Shown: positions 58,730 to 63,781 of the stretch, in pieces | Layout of the letters: the number at the start of each line of letters is the position of its first letter | Position numbering within the stretch: the first letter of the stretch is position 1 | NCBI GenBank assembly: GCA_947175385.1 | Contig: CAMWMN010000001.1 | Location: 1-63,781, forward strand | Source: an uncultured Clostridia bacterium | Lineage (GTDB): Bacteria > Bacillota > Clostridia > Oscillospirales > Ruminococcaceae | Reading direction: 5' to 3' | DNA length: 63,781 nt | Notes under the pieces: generated by a model | Database searches by the model: none | Told to the model about the DNA's origin: nothing | Seen by the model: the letters and a program-made list of their open reading frames with translations, nothing else | Program-made: the position numbers and the translations under genes

Positions 58730-60099
58730 TGGATAAACAGAAAAAGATTCTTGTAACCGTAAACGTCGCGGTGATTCTTGTTATAATGGGCGGAATCGCG
58801 CTGTTTATGGCATTTGGAAAGCGTCCCACGGTTTCAAACGAGGAAAGACGCAATCTGGCAGAATGCCCGAAATTTACAATAGAGAGCTACTTTAAGGGCG
58901 ACTTCACAAGCGATTTCGCGAAATTTTACAATGATACCGTTCCGATGAGAAGCACGTTCAAGTCGTTTATTTCGGCATTCAGGGCGCATTTGGGTGTGAA
59001 GTATGACGGCGGTGTTTATATTCATGGCGGTATTCCCGATATTGAGAGCCGCCCCGAAAAGCCTGCCAATTCTTCTTCATCCTCGAAAAAGCCCGTTGTG
59101 GTGGTGATTCCCGACCCGGTTGACAATACGCCGAGCACTTCCGCAGACAATGAAAGTACAGGCGAAACAAGCTCCTCGGATAAGCAGCCCGTTGAGCTTA
59201 ACCCCATAGAGGGCGAAATGTCGGGAACAGTCTTTGTTCTCGGTGACGGGCGCGGACTGGTTATGTTCTACGGGAGCTACTCCTCGGGAGAGAATTACGC
59301 TAAAACGCTGAACGAATACAAAGCGCGATTGGGCGAAAAAGTAAACGTCTATTCAATGACCGTTCCCACGTCAACATCGTTTTATCTTCCCGAAAAATAC
59401 TCGAATATGACGTCAAGCGAATCGGAACACATTGACCATATCAACGGTCTGCTTGACGGTGTGATTCCCGTGGACGCGTATTCGGCAATCGCAGCACACA
59501 CCGATGAGGAGATCTATCTGCGCACCGACAATCACTGGCAATCTCTGGGAGCGTACTACGCGGCGGAGGAGTTCGCGAAAACGGCTCAGGTTGACTTCCC
59601 CATGCTTAACACAGACAATTTCGAGTATGTGTCACGCGATGGATATGTCGGGACGCTTTACGGTTACAGCGATTACGACCAAAGAATCAAGGACAATCCC
59701 GAAACATTCACCTACTACAAGCCGAAAACCGAATACACTTGCGCGTATTACGACCATTCGTTGAACTATCAATATACGGGAGCTATGATGCTCGATATAG
59801 ATGGCATAGCTGTGAACAGTTGGTATCTGGTGAATATGTGCGGGGATAATTACACGGTCAACATCAATACCGCCTGCAAAAACGGGCGCAGGCTGCTGAT
59901 AGTCAAGGACAGCTACGGCGACGCGCTCCCCGCGTTCCTCACGTCCTCTTTCGAGGAAATTTGGGTGGTGGATATGCGGTATTTTGAGAAGAGCGTTCTG
60001 GAGCTTGCCAAAAACGAGGGAATAACTGATGTGCTGTTTACGATGAACATCGAAAGCGCAGCGGGGTCATCACAAAAAAATCTTGCTAATATTATGTAA
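58729..60099 (+). CDS. DHHW-family (AlgJ/AlgX/DltD-like) acyltransferase, membrane-anchored
   Basis: E.R.LA..P, RTDNHW, KDSY, VDMRY. Confidence 0.85.
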   Translation: MDKQKKILVTVNVAVILVIMGGIALFMAFGKRPTVSNEERRNLAECPKFTIESYFKGDFTSDFAKFYNDTVPMRSTFKSFISAFRAHLGVKYDGGVYIHGGIPDIESRPEKPANSSSSSKKPVVVVIPDPVDNTPSTSADNESTGETSSSDKQPVELNPIEGEMSGTVFVLGDGRGLVMFYGSYSSGENYAKTLNEYKARLGEKVNVYSMTVPTSTSFYLPEKYSNMTSSESEHIDHINGLLDGVIPVDAYSAIAAHTDEEIYLRTDNHWQSLGAYYAAEEFAKTAQVDFPMLNTDNFEYVSRDGYVGTLYGYSDYDQRIKDNPETFTYYKPKTEYTCAYYDHSLNYQYTGAMMLDIDGIAVNSWYLVNMCGDNYTVNINTACKNGRRLLIVKDSYGDALPAFLTSSFEEIWVVDMRYFEKSVLELAKNEGITDVLFTMNIESAAGSSQKNLANIM

Positions 60100-60139
60100 A
60101 ACATCTGTTTACATTCAATTAAATTAGGGGGAAAACAAT

Positions 60140-61267
60140 ATGAGAAAATCAATTTCAATTCTGGCAACAATGGCACTTTTGATGTCAATGACGGCTTGCA
60201 GCGGAACGGATACGGGCAGCGCCGATTCACAAGGGAATCCGGGACTTATTTCGACTCCATCGGGCGACACCTCCACGGAAAATCAAAGCAGTCAAAGCAA
60301 TCAGAGCAGCAACCAAAGCACCTCGGACAACAGCAGTACGACTTCCCAAACAAAACCACCCAACCCCAACAATGGACATAATGACGGAGAGATGTCAGGA
60401 AAAGTGTTCGTACTGGAAAACGGTATGGGAATCCAACTGTACGGCGGCGGATACAGCCGCGGCGAGAATTACGCGAAGTCGCTTAACGAGATAAAAAGCC
60501 GAGTTGGGGACAAGGTAAACGTGTTTTCACTGGTTGCGCCCACTCACGGGTCGTTCTATCTTCCTGAAAAGTACAAGGACTATATGGCGAGCGAATGGGA
60601 TAATATCGAGTATATCAACGAGAATCTGGACGGCGTAATCCCCGTGGACGCATACACCGCGCTTTCAAAACACGTGGACGAGCATATCTACCTTTCGACA
60701 GACCATCACTGGGCGCCGTTGGGAGCGTTCTACGCGGCGGAGGAGTTCGCAAAAACCGCGCTTACCGATTTTGCTCCGATATCCGATTATGAGGTACAAT
60801 CGCGCGATGGATATGTCGGAACGTTTGACGGTTTCAGCGATCACAATCAGCAAATTAGGGACAATCCCGAAACATTCACCATTTATATCCCGCAGAATAA
60901 TTACTCCACCGAGCATTATAATTCCGATATGACAAACGGACAGCAGAGCTATCTGTTTGACAATCTTCAGGCGGTGGATTTGGGGAATTGCTATCTTGTG
61001 TTCCATGTGGACGATGGAGGAATAACGCACGTTACAACGGACAAGAAGAACAACCGTAAGCTCCTTGTGGTTAAGGACAGCTATGCGAACCCGCTTGTTC
61101 CCTGCCTTACAAACTCGTTTGAGGAAATCTGGGCGGTGGATATGCGCTCGTTCCAACTGAGCATTTCGCAGTTCGTCAAGGATCATGGGATTACGGACGT
61201 GCTGTTCTGTATGTGTACGTTCAGCGCAACGGGCGATAATCAGTACGAATTGGAGGACATTCTGTAA
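60140..61267 (+). CDS. DHHW-family lipoprotein (paralog of the preceding gene)
   Basis: Lipobox MTAC, Ser/Gln linker, STDHHW, KDSYAN, VDMR. Confidence 0.87.
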   Translation: MRKSISILATMALLMSMTACSGTDTGSADSQGNPGLISTPSGDTSTENQSSQSNQSSNQSTSDNSSTTSQTKPPNPNNGHNDGEMSGKVFVLENGMGIQLYGGGYSRGENYAKSLNEIKSRVGDKVNVFSLVAPTHGSFYLPEKYKDYMASEWDNIEYINENLDGVIPVDAYTALSKHVDEHIYLSTDHHWAPLGAFYAAEEFAKTALTDFAPISDYEVQSRDGYVGTFDGFSDHNQQIRDNPETFTIYIPQNNYSTEHYNSDMTNGQQSYLFDNLQAVDLGNCYLVFHVDDGGITHVTTDKKNNRKLLVVKDSYANPLVPCLTNSFEEIWAVDMRSFQLSISQFVKDHGITDVLFCMCTFSATGDNQYELEDIL

Positions 61268-63036
61268 TGCTTAAGGAACTGGAGTTCCCGTTTGACAATG
61301 ACGAGATAATGCGCTCGAAGCGCAAGCTGCTGCGGATTCTGAAAGAGCGCGAGGGTGGAATCCCGCTGAGAATCGCGGTATTGGGCGGTTCTACGACCTC
61401 GGATATAGTCAAGGTCATGGAGCTGTTTTTGCGCGACAGAGGGATTATTCCTACGTTTTACGAGTCCGAATACGCGCAGTATCAGAGCGACGCGTTGTTC
61501 GGGAATCCCGAATTGGACGCATTCAAGCCCGAAATCGCGTTTATTCATACCACCTCGCGAAATATCGAGGAACTTCCCGAAATAAACGAGGATCCCGAAT
61601 TGATAAATTCCAAGTTGGAGCGCGAGTCCGCGCGGTTTGAGGCTATTTGGAAAGCACTTTCGGAGCGATATGGGTGCATAATTATTCAAAATAATTTTGA
61701 GCTTCCGAGCGAACGTCTGATGGGAAACCGCGAGGCTTCGTACGGACGAATCGACTTCATTTCGCGGCTTAACACACGGATTTATGAGTACGCGCGAAAT
61801 CACGAGAGTTTTTATGTGAATGACCTGAATTACCTCGCCGCGAGGTATGGTCTGGAACGCTGGCACGAGGAGCGGCACTGGCATCTCTATAAGTACGCGA
61901 TGAGCGTTTCGGCGATTCCCGATGTAGCGCACAGCGTTGCTTCGATTATCTGCTCGGTTATGGGGCGCAATAAAAAAGTCCTCGCGTTGGATCTGGATAA
62001 TACATTATGGGGCGGCGTAATCGGAGATGACGGTATTTCGGGAATTGAAATCGGCAGCGAAACCTCCGAGGGGCAGAGCTTTCTCGCACTCCAGAAGTAT
62101 ATCAAGCGTATGAAGGATTTGGGGATTCTGTTGACGGTTTGCTCCAAAAACGATATGGAGAACGCGCTTGAGGGCTTGAATCACCAGGATGGCGCGTTAA
62201 AACCGAGCGATTTTATATGCATTAAGGCGAATTGGGACGAAAAATGGCGGAATCTGGAAGAAACAGCACGGGAGCTGAATCTTCTGCCAGAGAGCATAGT
62301 GTTCGTGGACGATAATCCCGCGGAGCGCGAGATAGTCCGTGTGTACTTGCCGGAGGTTACGGTCTTGGATTTCGACAACCCCGAAGAGTGCTTGCGCGTA
62401 TTGGACGGATGCGGGTTATTTGAGGTGACAACACTCTCCGAGGACGACTCGAAGCGCGGGGAAATGTATCTCGCGAACGCTCAGCGCGAGGAACAGAGCA
62501 AGCGGTTCGAGAGCTACGATGATTTTCTTGAGTCATTGAAAATGCGCGCGGAAATCGGTGATTTCGAGCCGGTTCATATTCCGAGAATCACCCAGCTTAC
62601 CAACAAGAGCAACCAATTCAACGTGACAACAAAACGCTACACCCTCGCCGAAATGGAGGAGGTTGCCGCAAACACGGATTACGTCCGACTTTGCGGTCGG
62701 CTTACGGACAAATTCGGCGACAACGGAATCGTGTCCGTGGTTATCGGGAAACGCGATAACGCGGTTCTCCACCTGGATTTGTGGTTGATGAGCTGCCGCG
62801 TCCTGAAACGCGGAATGGAATTCGCGATGCTGAACGCGTTGGTCGCGAAATGCCGAGAGTTGGGAATCCGTGAGATTTTCGGATACTACTTCCCCACCAA
62901 AAAGAACGCGATGGTAAAAGATTTGTTCGCGGAGTTCGGATTTACGAAAACGTCCGAGAATGAGGGAAATTCCGTGTGGAAACTTAACGTGGAAACGTTT
63001 AATCCGATAGATACAAAAATTCAGATTGGAGAATGA
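61267..63036 (+). CDS. FkbH-like HAD-IIIC glyceryl transferase/phosphatase
   Basis: DLDNTLWGG, CSKND, FVDDNP.E, KSNQFN, DKFGD.G, LMSCRV. Confidence 0.92.
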   Translation: MLKELEFPFDNDEIMRSKRKLLRILKEREGGIPLRIAVLGGSTTSDIVKVMELFLRDRGIIPTFYESEYAQYQSDALFGNPELDAFKPEIAFIHTTSRNIEELPEINEDPELINSKLERESARFEAIWKALSERYGCIIIQNNFELPSERLMGNREASYGRIDFISRLNTRIYEYARNHESFYVNDLNYLAARYGLERWHEERHWHLYKYAMSVSAIPDVAHSVASIICSVMGRNKKVLALDLDNTLWGGVIGDDGISGIEIGSETSEGQSFLALQKYIKRMKDLGILLTVCSKNDMENALEGLNHQDGALKPSDFICIKANWDEKWRNLEETARELNLLPESIVFVDDNPAEREIVRVYLPEVTVLDFDNPEECLRVLDGCGLFEVTTLSEDDSKRGEMYLANAQREEQSKRFESYDDFLESLKMRAEIGDFEPVHIPRITQLTNKSNQFNVTTKRYTLAEMEEVAANTDYVRLCGRLTDKFGDNGIVSVVIGKRDNAVLHLDLWLMSCRVLKRGMEFAMLNALVAKCRELGIREIFGYYFPTKKNAMVKDLFAEFGFTKTSENEGNSVWKLNVETFNPIDTKIQIGE

Positions 63037-63038
63037 TT

Positions 63039-63281
63039 ATGAGCAAAGAGCAAATAATGGAGCGTCTGACGGAGATTTTCCGCGATGTGTTTGACGATGA
63101 AAGCATTGAGATTTCGGATTCCACCACCGCTGATGACATCGAAGCGTGGGACTCTCTCGAGCATATTACTCTTATTTCCGCAGTTGAAAAGGCATTCAAA
63201 ATGCGCTTTACAATGCGCGAGGTCAGCGGAATGAAGAACGTTGGGGAAATGGCGGAGATTCTTCTGGAAAGAGGAAAGTGA
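63039..63281 (+). CDS. acyl carrier protein
   Basis: IFRDVFDD and the WDSL phosphopantetheine site; 80 aa. Confidence 0.92.
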   Translation: MSKEQIMERLTEIFRDVFDDESIEISDSTTADDIEAWDSLEHITLISAVEKAFKMRFTMREVSGMKNVGEMAEILLERGK

Positions 63282-63322
63282 GAGTCCCGATAACGCGCTC
63301 CCCAATAGGAACATTGACATAA

Positions 63323-63482
63323 GAGCCTGTTCAGAATCTCGGCATGCACGAATTTTCGAGCAAAATTTTGCCAAGAACAAGGAAAAATTTTGCAGGATTG
63401 CTAGTGCAAGTCAAGAAATTTTGACGCAGTTATCGGCAAAATTTGCCGAAAAGACGTGTGTGAAGAGATATTGAACAGGCTC
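63323..63482. mobile_element. MITE with 11-bp terminal inverted repeats and a TAA target duplication (IS5-family-like)
   Basis: GAGCCTGTTCA ... TGAACAGGCTC flanked by TAA at 63320-63322 and 63483-63485. Confidence 0.7.
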
Positions 63483-63483
63483 T

Positions 63484-63513
63484 AAGGCGATGCTGCGGCA
63501 TCGCCTTATTTTT
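63484..63513 (+). terminator. intrinsic terminator
   Basis: AAGGCGATGC..GCATCGCCTT followed by a T-run. Confidence 0.75.
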
Positions 63514-63514
63514 A

Positions 63515-63578
63515 TGACAAATGTCACGCGTTTTTCTGTCAAAAGTCACTTGCCGCCGACAGTAAAATGTGTTATACT
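63515..63578 (+). promoter_or_regulatory. operator palindrome TGACA-AA-TGTCA plus promoter TTGCCG-17-TATACT
   Basis: Inverted and direct repeats upstream of a weak -35. Confidence 0.5.
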
Positions 63579-63602
63579 TATAAACAGAAAGGCGGTATTG
63601 AT

Positions 63603-63781
63603 ATGGAATTTTTAAGTGTACAAAATCTGGTTAAAAACTATGGGGATTTTACGGCTGTGGATAATCTCAGCTTCTCGGTGAACGAGGGCGAGATTTTCGG
63701 ACTTCTTGGTCCGAACGGCGCGGGAAAATCCACGACTATGAACGTTATTTCCACATTGTGCGATTTCACGCGGGGAAAGGT
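63603..63781 (+). CDS. ABC transporter ATP-binding subunit (3' partial)
   Basis: MEFLSVQNLVKNYGDFTAVDNLSF...GLLGPNGAGKST Walker A. Confidence 0.92.
   Translation, partial: MEFLSVQNLVKNYGDFTAVDNLSFSVNEGEIFGLLGPNGAGKSTTMNVISTLCDFTRGK

Overview
A Bacillota chromosomal window; gene content and order suggest an Oscillospiraceae/Ruminococcus-like anaerobe (inference). From left to right it holds: the end of a tandem array of ~50-aa paralogous hydrophobic-leader peptides; an ECF sigma/anti-sigma pair; pyruvate:ferredoxin oxidoreductase; a ylbJ-like gene; a uvrC-(ToxN/AbiQ-like)-rsmD-coaD operon; azlCD; a second ECF cassette whose sigma is a pseudogene; a ~27 kb minus-strand flagellar/chemotaxis cluster (flgB to cheD); a T-box-controlled trp operon interrupted by three non-trp genes; an MBOAT + 2x DHHW + FkbH + ACP locus; an IS5-like MITE; and the start of an ABC transporter. 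Five observations stand out. (1) About ten dispersed copies of a covarying structured element, nearly all directly 5' of a ribosome-binding site and best folded on the mRNA strand. (2) A Dlt-like locus predicted to glycerylate a cell-envelope polymer. (3) A flagellar rod protein (FlgG) with a triplicated domain. (4) The small-peptide array. (5) An orphan ToxN/AbiQ-like gene with no antitoxin repeats. All family assignments are by eye from motifs and gene context; no database search was run.
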